A stretch of DNA of 64,000 nucleotides, from contig JBHLPF010000006.1 of NCBI GenBank assembly GCA_048939765.1, positions 1 to 64,000 on the forward strand, read 5' to 3'. The notes beneath the pieces are model-generated. The model was not told the origin of the DNA. It saw only the letters and a program-made list of their open reading frames with translations, and did not search any database. Position 1 is the stretch's first letter. Every line of letters begins with the position of its first letter. Positions 47,102 to 56,278 of this stretch are shown one piece after another. This DNA is from Promethearchaeota archaeon. Its GTDB lineage: Archaea; Asgardarchaeota; Thorarchaeia; Thorarchaeales; Thorarchaeaceae. A program made the position numbers and the translations under genes.

Positions 47102-49063
47102 ATGAGTCAACACCGGGCATCTATGATACAGCCAAAGGGGATACTAGCTTTGACGATTGACAGGACGACAGATAATCCATGGAACCACGTGATGAGTGTA
47201 GTCGCGAGAGTTCTAGCTGACTCTGCGTCTGTCGATCTTGTGACGGCTCATGAGAACCTTGAGATTCCGCCAGATGCCAAGCTGGGAGACATTGCAACCA
47301 CCTTAGCTTTTCGTCTGGCAAAGGAAAGAAAGGACAATCCGGCAAAGATTGCTGCAGATATCTCAAAGAATCTTGAGAGCGCTATCAAGAAGGAGCCGTT
47401 AATTGATAGAATAGATAACAAGGGCCCATACATCAATCTCTTTCTGTCTAGAAGAGAATTGGCTGATTTTGTCATCAGAGCCGTGGCCCAATCAAATGAG
47501 AACTATGGTAAGTCTAACGAATTCCAAGGCAATCGAGCTCTCATGGAGTACCCCGCGGTAAATCCCTCTAAGCCATGGCACATCGGTCATACCAGAAATG
47601 CAGTACTTGGAGACACTTTAGGAAATGTCCTTGAGGCAGCGGGATATGACGTGATCAGAACAGACTACATCAATAATCTCGGATTGCAGATTGCTCAGCT
47701 CGTTTGGAAGCTTATGAAGGACAAACCTTCCCCTGGAGATGAGAAATATGATCACTTTCTAGGGCATCTATATGTTGAGGTGCACGAGGATTTTGAGAGG
47801 GACAAGAAAGTAGAAAGTGAGATTCGGGCTGTTGCTCGTGACCTCGAGAGCTTGGAGAGCGAAGCTGCCAGAGTCAGCGAAGAGATGGTCACCGAATGCG
47901 TGAGAGCGCAGTGTCAGACTGCATATCGACTAGGAATCTTCCATGATTACCAGATATGGGAGAGTGCGATTGCTCACAGTGGATTACTGGACAAGGCCCG
48001 AAAGATGATGCTAGAAACTGATAACATCTTCATCCCTGAAAGCGGTGAGAAGGCAGGATGTATTGTAGCTGACCTCAGGACAATTGAAGATTTCAAAGAC
48101 ATGAAGGACCCATTTAAGGTCCTCTTCAGATCAGATGGAACCAGGACCTATACTGGCGCAGATGTAGCCACGCAGATGTGGAAATTTGGGATAATAGAAG
48201 ACCCATTCTTGTACAAGGAGTTTGAGCGTCAGCCAAATGGTGAAATCGTGTATAGAACTGCAGTTGATGGATCCGAAAGAGACCTTGGCACTGTAGATCT
48301 CGTCTTCAACATAATTGGATCAGAACAATCACAACCGCAACGGCTGGTCTACACGGTGCTTGGACTCTTAGGGTATAATGAACAGAGTGGCAACTCACAC
48401 CATATCGCGTATGAGTTTGTTGGACTTGAGGATGAAGACTTCTCAGGCAGGGAGGGCACGTGGATAGGCTATTCATGCGACGTGGTACTTGACAAGGCTG
48501 AGGCTCTAGCCAGAAATGAGGTTGAAAAACGAAATCCCGAGGAGTCTGATGAGTTCAAGAATGATATCGCGGCTAAGGTAGGAATCGGTGCTGTTCGATA
48601 CTTGCTGTTGAAATCATCACCAGACAGAAAAATCATCTTTAGATGGGAAGATGCTTTGGACTTCAACGGAGATGCAGCACCATATCTGCAGTACTCTATT
48701 GCGAGAGCGCAGAGAATACTAGAGAAGGCAGATGAAGCAGATATTTCAAATGCAAATCTGAAGCTATTGGTAGAGGAGGCGGAGTTTGCACTCATCAAAG
48801 CAGTTTCACGCTTCCCAAATGTGATTCTTGAAGTAGTGAGGAGTCTGAAGAAAGAAACTTGGGGAACAGGATTCAGTTCCAACAGGATTGCTGCATACTG
48901 CTATGAGCTGGCAACTCTCTTTAGCAGGTTCTATGATTCCTGCCCAGTGCTTAAGGCAGAGCCAGATTTCAAAAGAGCCAGGCTCGAGCTGGTGAAGGCA
49001 TTCAAGACTACGATGGTGAACTGCCTGAGGATTCTTGGAATTCCTGTGGTCGAACGAATGTAG
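47102..49063 (+). CDS. argS: Arginyl-tRNA synthetase
   Basis: NPSKPWHIGH.RN, RSDGT, FSGREG, GDAAPYLQY, FSRFYDSCPVL. Confidence 0.96.
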   Translation: MSQHRASMIQPKGILALTIDRTTDNPWNHVMSVVARVLADSASVDLVTAHENLEIPPDAKLGDIATTLAFRLAKERKDNPAKIAADISKNLESAIKKEPLIDRIDNKGPYINLFLSRRELADFVIRAVAQSNENYGKSNEFQGNRALMEYPAVNPSKPWHIGHTRNAVLGDTLGNVLEAAGYDVIRTDYINNLGLQIAQLVWKLMKDKPSPGDEKYDHFLGHLYVEVHEDFERDKKVESEIRAVARDLESLESEAARVSEEMVTECVRAQCQTAYRLGIFHDYQIWESAIAHSGLLDKARKMMLETDNIFIPESGEKAGCIVADLRTIEDFKDMKDPFKVLFRSDGTRTYTGADVATQMWKFGIIEDPFLYKEFERQPNGEIVYRTAVDGSERDLGTVDLVFNIIGSEQSQPQRLVYTVLGLLGYNEQSGNSHHIAYEFVGLEDEDFSGREGTWIGYSCDVVLDKAEALARNEVEKRNPEESDEFKNDIAAKVGIGAVRYLLLKSSPDRKIIFRWEDALDFNGDAAPYLQYSIARAQRILEKADEADISNANLKLLVEEAEFALIKAVSRFPNVILEVVRSLKKETWGTGFSSNRIAAYCYELATLFSRFYDSCPVLKAEPDFKRARLELVKAFKTTMVNCLRILGIPVVERM

Positions 49064-50413
49064 TCAGCCAGAGGTCACCTGCGCAGAGCTTATGACGATT
49101 GATGGACTTATAATCGAGAAAGCAACTCGAGTATCTGCAGCTACCATTTCTATACGTTTCAACAGATCGCGCATGTTGATCCCAATGAGCGTATTCTGCA
49201 CAGGATGCTGAATCTCTCCATTCTCGAAATATGATCCTTCCATAATCATTGCACTGAGGTCACCGGTTGTCATGTTTGGCCGGTCTCCTGTGAAGCGGCA
49301 TAGAACTCCCTTGCCAACTTCTTTGATGAGATCATCCAATGTGCCCTTTCCAGGAGTAACTACGAAGTTTGAAGAGGATACCGAGGGCACTCCTGCATAT
49401 CCAGGCCGGCTGGCATTTCCAGTGCTATCGACACCATCCTTGTTGGCGGTGTAAGAGTTGTGCAATAGACTCTTCAGGACCCCACCATCAAGAATCTCGG
49501 TGCGTTGAGATGGATGGCCTTCGGCATCAAAAGACCGAGAAGAAACACCCGATGTCATAAGACCATCATCGATAATCCGAAGCTGCGGAGTCGATACCTC
49601 TTCGCCTAATGCATCTGCGATATAGGAGCGGCCATATTGGACTTCCTCGGCATTCACAGCTCCAGCAAATCCTCCCCCTAGGATGGTCCCAACGGCAAAT
49701 GGAGCAAGAATCACTGGCATCTCACCTCCCTCAACAGCCTTGGCCCCCAGATTGCTCAATGCATTCTCTGCAGATCTCGTTCCTATCCACTCAGGGTCAA
49801 TCTCCTTGAGTCTGCGAGAGAGCTGGACCTCATAGCTGGATGTCTGATCGCCATCTTCTTTGATTGTGGGCTCTGTATACATCCATACAGACGTCGATTC
49901 GCCAAACCCCTTGATTCCGAGCGAATTGACAATGACAGTAGTGCCAGTCGATGAACTCATTTTAGCTGCAACTGCAACATCCATGCCCTCCAGTCTTGAG
50001 CGTGCAGCGTCAACTCCACGAATGATCATTTCAGCGACTTGCTCAGAATCCAGCTCTACAATTTCGGAATCGTAGAGACCTTTAACGTCAGGGTAAATCC
50101 CATCGAACGATGGAAGGCTCACAAAGTCCGGGTCAGGAACAGAGGCCTTGGCGAGTCTAACAGACAGCTCAGCAGCCTCCAGAAGGTCGGCTTCTAGAAC
50201 AGTTGTGGCATATGCGAACCCCACTCTCTTGCCGACAACTGACCGAATTCCGCAGCCTGTATCACGATTCTCTGAGGCACTTTTGACTGAATTGTTCTCT
50301 ACATCGATGGAGAAGGTACGGGATGATGACGTGTAAACCTCCACCTGGCCGGCACCAAAAGACTCAGCCTTCTTAGCTGCTTTTTCCGCGATGTCTAGAA
50401 GATTCTCCATCAC
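49064..50413 (-). CDS. pmbA: PmbA/TldE family protein
   Basis: GCGIR, FDAEG, STGNA, TTGDLS; no HExxxH. Confidence 0.9.
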   Translation of the reverse strand: MMENLLDIAEKAAKKAESFGAGQVEVYTSSSRTFSIDVENNSVKSASENRDTGCGIRSVVGKRVGFAYATTVLEADLLEAAELSVRLAKASVPDPDFVSLPSFDGIYPDVKGLYDSEIVELDSEQVAEMIIRGVDAARSRLEGMDVAVAAKMSSSTGTTVIVNSLGIKGFGESTSVWMYTEPTIKEDGDQTSSYEVQLSRRLKEIDPEWIGTRSAENALSNLGAKAVEGGEMPVILAPFAVGTILGGGFAGAVNAEEVQYGRSYIADALGEEVSTPQLRIIDDGLMTSGVSSRSFDAEGHPSQRTEILDGGVLKSLLHNSYTANKDGVDSTGNASRPGYAGVPSVSSSNFVVTPGKGTLDDLIKEVGKGVLCRFTGDRPNMTTGDLSAMIMEGSYFENGEIQHPVQNTLIGINMRDLLKRIEMVAADTRVAFSIISPSIVISSAQVTSG

Positions 50414-50414
50414 T

Positions 50415-51806
50415 CTACATGCCTCCTACAGGAATATTGCGAATCCTGGCATGTGGGCCTCCACTCATGTCAGGTACCATCTGTCCATTCTTCCCACAAG
50501 TCCCTGCATCCATGAGAAAGTCATTGCCAACAGCATCTATTTGGGCTAGTACGTCAAGAATCTGACCAGCAAGAGAAACGTCGCGGACCATTTGGCCAAG
50601 CTCACCATTCTCAATGAGATAGCCATGACTGGCTTGGAACATGAACTGTCCTTTTGCGGGCTCTGTGTACCCATAGTTGAAGCTGCAGAGCATTACCCCT
50701 TCTTTTGTGTCGGAAATCATCTCGTCGACGTCCCAATCACCTGGTTCCATGATGGTGTTGGACATCCTGGCCAATGGTGCGTGCATGAAGGACTGCGCTC
50801 TGGCAGAGCCATTTGGTTGCATATCCAAACGAACTGCAGTTTCAAGGGTGTGTAGAAGCTCGGTGAGTACACCATCTTTTACAAGAATTCGCTTCTTCGT
50901 CTTTGTTCCCTCCCAGTCATATTCAAATGAGCCCCGCTCTCCGGGCATAGTAGGGTCGTCGCTTAGATTAAGGTGATCAGGGCCAACACACTCTCCAACC
51001 TTGTCCTCGAGAACTGTCGTATGAGCTGGCCAGTTATCTGCTTCGCAGGCATGACCAAATGCCTCATGAACCATTACGCCATTTAGGACTGGGTCCATGA
51101 TAACATCGTAGGTTCCTCCCTTTGCAGCTACAGATGATAGCAAATCAATTGCCATCTTTGCAGATTCCTCACCGATGGTCTGGGGCCGCTCTAACTCCAT
51201 CATCTCAAAACCACCCCTGACACCGTAGGACTTGAACGCCCTTTGCCTGTTAGCACCATCTTTAGCGGTTGAAACAGAAATGACTCTAGGAAGAGCATTT
51301 TGCATACTCACACTTGTTCCAAAGGAATTGGTGACATAGAGATCAGTCCAGAGATCACCGTATATAGAGCGGGTATTGACAATCCTCTTGTCATAAGCAC
51401 GAGACTGCTCATCGATTCTCTTGATATACTCAATCTTGTCCTCAACCGAAATATCCCTGAAGGGCTTTTTCAGCTTGACTTCAACCTTGTCATTGAAGGT
51501 AGGCCCATCCATCTCAAACTTCTCATTGACCTTTGTCTTGGTGGCCATGGCTAGCCTAGCAACTGATTCACCAGTTTCACGCATGCCCTTAGCAGTAAGG
51601 TCAGTTGTCTGAGCAAAGGCCCAAGCGCCATCAATGAAAGCTCGAATTCCAGCCCCCTTCAGTCGTGAGGCAACAGACCTCTTTGTCACACCATCCGTCA
51701 TCTCAATGATGGTGGTGACAGTGTTTTCTATTCGCACATCAGCGAATTTTGCTCTAGCATTGATAGCCGCCTCAATTGCAGCCCGAGCTATGTCTTCCAT
51801 AAGCAT
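50415..51806 (-). CDS. tldD: TldD family metalloprotease
   Basis: HEAFGHACEAD, YDWEG, RMSNT, CGKNGQ. Confidence 0.93.
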   Translation of the reverse strand: MLMEDIARAAIEAAINARAKFADVRIENTVTTIIEMTDGVTKRSVASRLKGAGIRAFIDGAWAFAQTTDLTAKGMRETGESVARLAMATKTKVNEKFEMDGPTFNDKVEVKLKKPFRDISVEDKIEYIKRIDEQSRAYDKRIVNTRSIYGDLWTDLYVTNSFGTSVSMQNALPRVISVSTAKDGANRQRAFKSYGVRGGFEMMELERPQTIGEESAKMAIDLLSSVAAKGGTYDVIMDPVLNGVMVHEAFGHACEADNWPAHTTVLEDKVGECVGPDHLNLSDDPTMPGERGSFEYDWEGTKTKKRILVKDGVLTELLHTLETAVRLDMQPNGSARAQSFMHAPLARMSNTIMEPGDWDVDEMISDTKEGVMLCSFNYGYTEPAKGQFMFQASHGYLIENGELGQMVRDVSLAGQILDVLAQIDAVGNDFLMDAGTCGKNGQMVPDMSGGPHARIRNIPVGGM

Positions 51807-51959
51807 CTCCTGACTAGTCCTTGCTGATGTTCAATCTATTATAACTGATATGGACTGGTCAAATGCACTGATCGAAACTCTATGTAACTAATACCCGAGT
51901 GATACACGGGTTATTCTTAGATTCCTCTTCTTACTTCATAGTCTGCAGGAGGTATACAC

Positions 51960-53528
51960 TTGACTCTAGACTCCCTATCTCATCGCTGTCCTGTATGTCA
52001 AAGAAACAGAGCCAGTCACTTGTGTGAAGATTGCGGTACAGTGTTATGCTCAGAGTGCCTTGACTCAAGGACCAAAGAGTATCATATGTGTCGCGATTGT
52101 CACGCGACATTGACCACGTTACAAGGTGAAAAGATAGACAGCTGTCCTGAGTGCGAGTCTGAGAACATTGATACAGGTAGGCGTACAGCTGACATATGTC
52201 CTAGATGCCACTCAAGTCGTATTATCCTACTGGAAGAGCGGAGAAGAACTCTTGCTCAAGAACTTAGACAGGCCATCATGAGCATTCAGTATGGCCACAC
52301 CAAATTGCGAGAGTTCATGACTAAGCTTGACAATGCCAAGAGAACGCTTGTTTCTCTCAGGATGGCTAACTTCCTACACTATCATTGGATAGAGGAGAAG
52401 GTCGAGTCAGTGCAGGATGAAATGCCAGCAATCAAGAGTCGAATTGGAAACCAAGCAGAGATAGTCGCAAAGCAAATCGCTGCTGAAACAAAAGGCCTCA
52501 TTGATTATAGCAAGTGGACTCCTGCTCAGTTCCCGTTCATTGAGGGTGTCAGAAATAGAGTATCAGAGCTTGGCACGTACTACAGACAACACGTCGACGA
52601 TAGTCTTGATGAGGTCAGACCAAGACTGGAGGAAGTAATGGCCCAGCTTGATGGTCTGAGCTATCACAGGAGAGAATTCACAGAGTTCTATGAACATGGT
52701 GAACTCGCTGTTAATGAATTGCCTGTGGCGGCTCTGCCGGACATTAGGGTTGTGGGTAGCAACTTCCTGAAAAACGACAAGGCCTACGGTACGCTCTTCA
52801 TCACTAACAAGAGGCTATTCCTAGTGGCTGAAACGGGAATACTACGCAAGAAGACTGAGATTGTGTTCCAGTTTCCGCTTATGTATTTGAAAGATATCGA
52901 AGAGGATGGCCGCCTTCGCAAGAGAATTGTATTGCGACTTAAACAGGGCGACGTTAAGATCTCCTGCAGCGAGGATACAAAAAAGGTCATGCCAGATTAC
53001 TTCGAGATTGCGAGGAAATTCGAGAAGTATATGCAGAGTGATCTTCAGAGAGTTCGGAAGATTGAGCAGAAGAACCTCAACATTAGCGATGTCAGACTCA
53101 AGATTGAAGGATTGGTATACTCATTGCTCTCCACGACTGGAAATGCCTCAGAAGCACCGCAAGGAAGCCGAATGAGAACCAGATTCTATCAACCACGATC
53201 GATTCCACCGAGATATGGACAAATCGAGAATCCGTATGACCATCCCAGAGTGTTCAAGGAGCATCTTGAGGACACTCTTGGTCGCACAGACTATGGTCGA
53301 ACCTACTATCGAGAGGCCCCCTATGCACCTCCCGAGTCTGATATAGAATATCTCAAGAGGAACGCAATAGAGATTCAGAATGCGATTAACGAGACTCTAC
53401 ATCTAATGAGAAACGGACATTTAGTCCCTGAAGACTTCATCAGAAGGTATCGCGGTCTCATGCGCGACTCATATCAGACCAATCATGAAATCGAGCGTGC
53501 TACCCGGCATTTTCATGGGTACAGATGA
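51960..53528 (+). CDS. Zn-finger + coiled-coil + PH(GRAM/GLUE)-like + steadiness-box-like protein; candidate ESCRT-I subunit or adaptor
   Basis: Six CxxC pairs; GTLFITNKRLFLV; Pro/Tyr-rich linker; C-terminal NAINETLHLMRNGHLVPEDFIRRYRGL; GGAGGT SD before the TTG start. Confidence 0.65.
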   Translation: MTLDSLSHRCPVCQRNRASHLCEDCGTVLCSECLDSRTKEYHMCRDCHATLTTLQGEKIDSCPECESENIDTGRRTADICPRCHSSRIILLEERRRTLAQELRQAIMSIQYGHTKLREFMTKLDNAKRTLVSLRMANFLHYHWIEEKVESVQDEMPAIKSRIGNQAEIVAKQIAAETKGLIDYSKWTPAQFPFIEGVRNRVSELGTYYRQHVDDSLDEVRPRLEEVMAQLDGLSYHRREFTEFYEHGELAVNELPVAALPDIRVVGSNFLKNDKAYGTLFITNKRLFLVAETGILRKKTEIVFQFPLMYLKDIEEDGRLRKRIVLRLKQGDVKISCSEDTKKVMPDYFEIARKFEKYMQSDLQRVRKIEQKNLNISDVRLKIEGLVYSLLSTTGNASEAPQGSRMRTRFYQPRSIPPRYGQIENPYDHPRVFKEHLEDTLGRTDYGRTYYREAPYAPPESDIEYLKRNAIEIQNAINETLHLMRNGHLVPEDFIRRYRGLMRDSYQTNHEIERATRHFHGYR

Positions 53529-53531
53529 TGA

Positions 53532-54155
53532 CTAAATACCCAGTTCACGCTCCAAATCCTTAATGTCTTTCTCAAGGGTTTCTGACTCAGATGCAGGCCT
53601 GGCTGCTACTGATGCTGCATCAGCCAATCCAACTTCCACATCGATTTCTTGCATGGCAGCAGCCACATCATCTGAACTAACTTCCATGCTCGCATCAAGC
53701 GCCTCTGCAGATATTGCACTCTCAATCTCGAACTCATCTAATCGACGAGTGATCTCGTCAATGTTCTCAACAAGCCGGCGGGTATCACTTGTATCGCCAA
53801 GCATTCCAAGGATCTTTGCAACCTGCTCGAGTGCGCGACCTGTCCTTGCTGATGTCTGTGCACGATTGAGGTGAGTAAGGATTTTGAGAATCTGAAGCCT
53901 CGCCTTGTCTGTGGAGAGTGCGTATCGTCTGAAACGTATCATCTCAGTTGCATAGGTCGTGAAGGCATCCATTTGTCCAGCCTGGCGAGCTTTGATAGCT
54001 CGAGCTCTTGTGTCACGCTCTTCTTTCTCCAACTTGCTTCTCTCACGAGCAAGTTGTTTCGTCAGAATTCTGAGCTGACTGGAAACCTCTCCAATGTCTG
54101 GTTTTTTCCGACCCCATCTGAATGCCTTTCTGAGTGAATCCAAAAGTCTCACCAC
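53532..54155 (-). CDS. ESCRT-III Snf7-family protein (Vps2/24/46-like)
   Basis: Basic N-terminal helical hairpin (LARERSKLEKEE..AIKARQAG..YATEMIRFRR), acidic C-half, terminal helix TLEKDIKDLERELGI. Confidence 0.85.
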   Translation of the reverse strand: MVRLLDSLRKAFRWGRKKPDIGEVSSQLRILTKQLARERSKLEKEERDTRARAIKARQAGQMDAFTTYATEMIRFRRYALSTDKARLQILKILTHLNRAQTSARTGRALEQVAKILGMLGDTSDTRRLVENIDEITRRLDEFEIESAISAEALDASMEVSSDDVAAAMQEIDVEVGLADAASVAARPASESETLEKDIKDLERELGI

Positions 54156-54315
54156 TTATCTATGGGCTTCGCCCCACAACACTAGGATGAATGTTCAGCG
54201 TTTAAACCTTCGTAGAGCTGGTGTATAGCATCTATCAATCCCAGTATTAGGGGCATATAGTGATAGTCACACAGAACTTATTATCATCACAGGTTCCAGT
54301 TAGACCTGAACAGGG

Positions 54316-55539
54316 ATGTCTGATAGATTAGACCAAGGCCTGAAAAATCTACTCGACAGGGCCATAGAACTTGACCAGAGAGGAATGAAGAAGGAAGCTG
54401 CTCAATACTACCTGAAGGCTAGCAAAATCCTGATCAAACTGTCAAATGCAGCATCTTTGCCCTCAGTTCAGAAACACTACCTTGACAGGGCACAAGAGTG
54501 TGTTGACAGAGTCCGCTATATCTCTGGTATAAAGAAGAAGGCGAGAGGACCTCCAGAGGGGTTGACGACTCCACCAGTGTTTTCTTCTGCTGAAACGGAA
54601 CCAACAGCCGAGAAGTCTACGGAAGCGATGGCATCTGAAGCAGAGGTGGATGAGGACACACGAAGACTGCAGGAGATGATAGCTGACACAATCATCACTG
54701 AGAAACCTAATGTCAAAATGAGTGATGTTGCGGGCCTAAAGGATGCCAAGCAGGCAATTAATGATGCAATTATCGCACCGATGAAACATCCAGAGCTCTT
54801 CAAGGGGAAGTCTCGGCAGCCATGGAGGGGAATATTGTTCTATGGTCCCGCAGGATGCGGAAAGACGTTGATAGCAAAAGCGGTGGCATCGGAGGTGAAT
54901 GCCACTTTCTTCAATGTTTCAGCAGGCAACATTGTAAGCAAGTGGCTTGGAGAGTCTGAGAAACTGGTCATGAACCTCTTCACTTTGGCCAGACGAAGTC
55001 AGCCTGCCATAGTCTTCATGGATGAGCTGGATTCCGTCGGGGTCTCTAGGTCTGGTGATGACGTCGGGGGAGAAAGAAGACTAAAGACTCAGCTTCTAAC
55101 AGAACTACAGGGACTAGCCAGCGACCTTGAAGATAGGGTCACAGTGATTGGTGCAACAAACCTGCCATGGGAGTTGGACTTCGCTCTTCGGTCGAGGTTT
55201 GAGAAGAAAATCCATGTGCCGCTGCCAGACAAGCCAGCTAGAAAGAGAATCTTCGAGATTCACATGGAAGAGATAAATGTCGCTCCTGAAGTGGACTTCG
55301 AGGAACTTGCGGATCTCAGTGAGGGATATAGTGGACGGGATATTAGCGTCGTCTGTAGAGAAGCAGCCATGGAACCGATAAGGGACCTTCAGCGCATTGG
55401 AAGAATGGACGAGGAAGAAGAGATTCTTGATATTCGACCAGTATCCAGAGAAGATCTTCTGCAGGCGATCGAGAACATAAAGCCGGCAACTTCTCCTGAG
55501 GATGTAAAGAGGTATATCGATTGGGCGGAGGGTTCCTAG
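54316..55539 (+). CDS. vps4: Vps4 AAA+ ATPase with N-terminal MIT domain
   Basis: RAIELDQRG..AAQYY MIT domain; PWRGILFYGPAGCGKT, SKWLGESEKLV, FMDELD, GATNLPWELD. Confidence 0.95.
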   Translation: MSDRLDQGLKNLLDRAIELDQRGMKKEAAQYYLKASKILIKLSNAASLPSVQKHYLDRAQECVDRVRYISGIKKKARGPPEGLTTPPVFSSAETEPTAEKSTEAMASEAEVDEDTRRLQEMIADTIITEKPNVKMSDVAGLKDAKQAINDAIIAPMKHPELFKGKSRQPWRGILFYGPAGCGKTLIAKAVASEVNATFFNVSAGNIVSKWLGESEKLVMNLFTLARRSQPAIVFMDELDSVGVSRSGDDVGGERRLKTQLLTELQGLASDLEDRVTVIGATNLPWELDFALRSRFEKKIHVPLPDKPARKRIFEIHMEEINVAPEVDFEELADLSEGYSGRDISVVCREAAMEPIRDLQRIGRMDEEEEILDIRPVSREDLLQAIENIKPATSPEDVKRYIDWAEGS

Positions 55540-55542
55540 GGA

Positions 55543-56277
55543 GTGGGTGTCAGAGAGAGACGTAGAGAAAAAGAGAAAGAAAAGACTACGTCAGAAACAG
55601 CAACATCAGAACCCACCGTAGATGAGGCCATTCCAGCAGAAGAGATAGAAGAAGTGAAGGAAACCTACAGACCGGAAGCTGTTATGACGCAAGCGGCAAC
55701 AGAAACTGCTGTCGAAGAGAAGAGGGATTCAGTAGCTCAAGCTGAGGAAGTTCTAGTCAAACCGGATGAAGTCACCATCATGCCTCCATGGGGAGACCTT
55801 GGACAAACAGAGTGGATGTATGGCATACCTCCTCGAGAAGAAGACAGAGAGATGTGGGCTGAAGAGTGGTCTGATTTCGTCCTGAGATGGATGGAAGCAC
55901 ATGATGTCCATGTCCTTTCTGTGACTGCTTTCATCAAGGAACCCCCCTTTAATGAAATCACGAATAAAATCGATTCATTCAAGCTAATTGGCAATGTGCT
56001 CGTAGAGAAGGAAATTGCGGAGTGGCTGGATAGGAACCAAAGACAATTGCGAGTCTATTGGAGATTCCTTGAGGAATGGGCGGACATTATATATGAATGG
56101 GCCTTGAAGTCAGGGAAGGTCAGACTAGATGTGAAATCAATAGTCATTCAGGAAGAGGAATATAGCTTCGCTAGACTGCCAGAGAAGGATCTTCATCAGA
56201 TACTCCTGATAATGGTGGAGAAAGGACTTGCAGAGTGGGTGGACAAGAAAAGAGGGGCAATCAAGATCATCGTTTAA
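55543..56277 (+). CDS. vps25: ESCRT-II Vps25-like protein with acidic N-terminal extension
   Basis: WAEEWSDFVLRW, AEW..VYWR.LEEWADIIYEWA, L..MVEKGLAE; PP motifs at the N-terminus. Confidence 0.88.
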   Translation: MGVRERRREKEKEKTTSETATSEPTVDEAIPAEEIEEVKETYRPEAVMTQAATETAVEEKRDSVAQAEEVLVKPDEVTIMPPWGDLGQTEWMYGIPPREEDREMWAEEWSDFVLRWMEAHDVHVLSVTAFIKEPPFNEITNKIDSFKLIGNVLVEKEIAEWLDRNQRQLRVYWRFLEEWADIIYEWALKSGKVRLDVKSIVIQEEEYSFARLPEKDLHQILLIMVEKGLAEWVDKKRGAIKIIV

Positions 56278-56278
56278 C

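Noticed and set aside
49064-51806. TldD/PmbA as part of a RiPP cluster or of the ESCRT system
   Set aside because: No precursor peptide or modifying enzymes are nearby; the pair is widespread in archaea, and adjacency alone is weak evidence.
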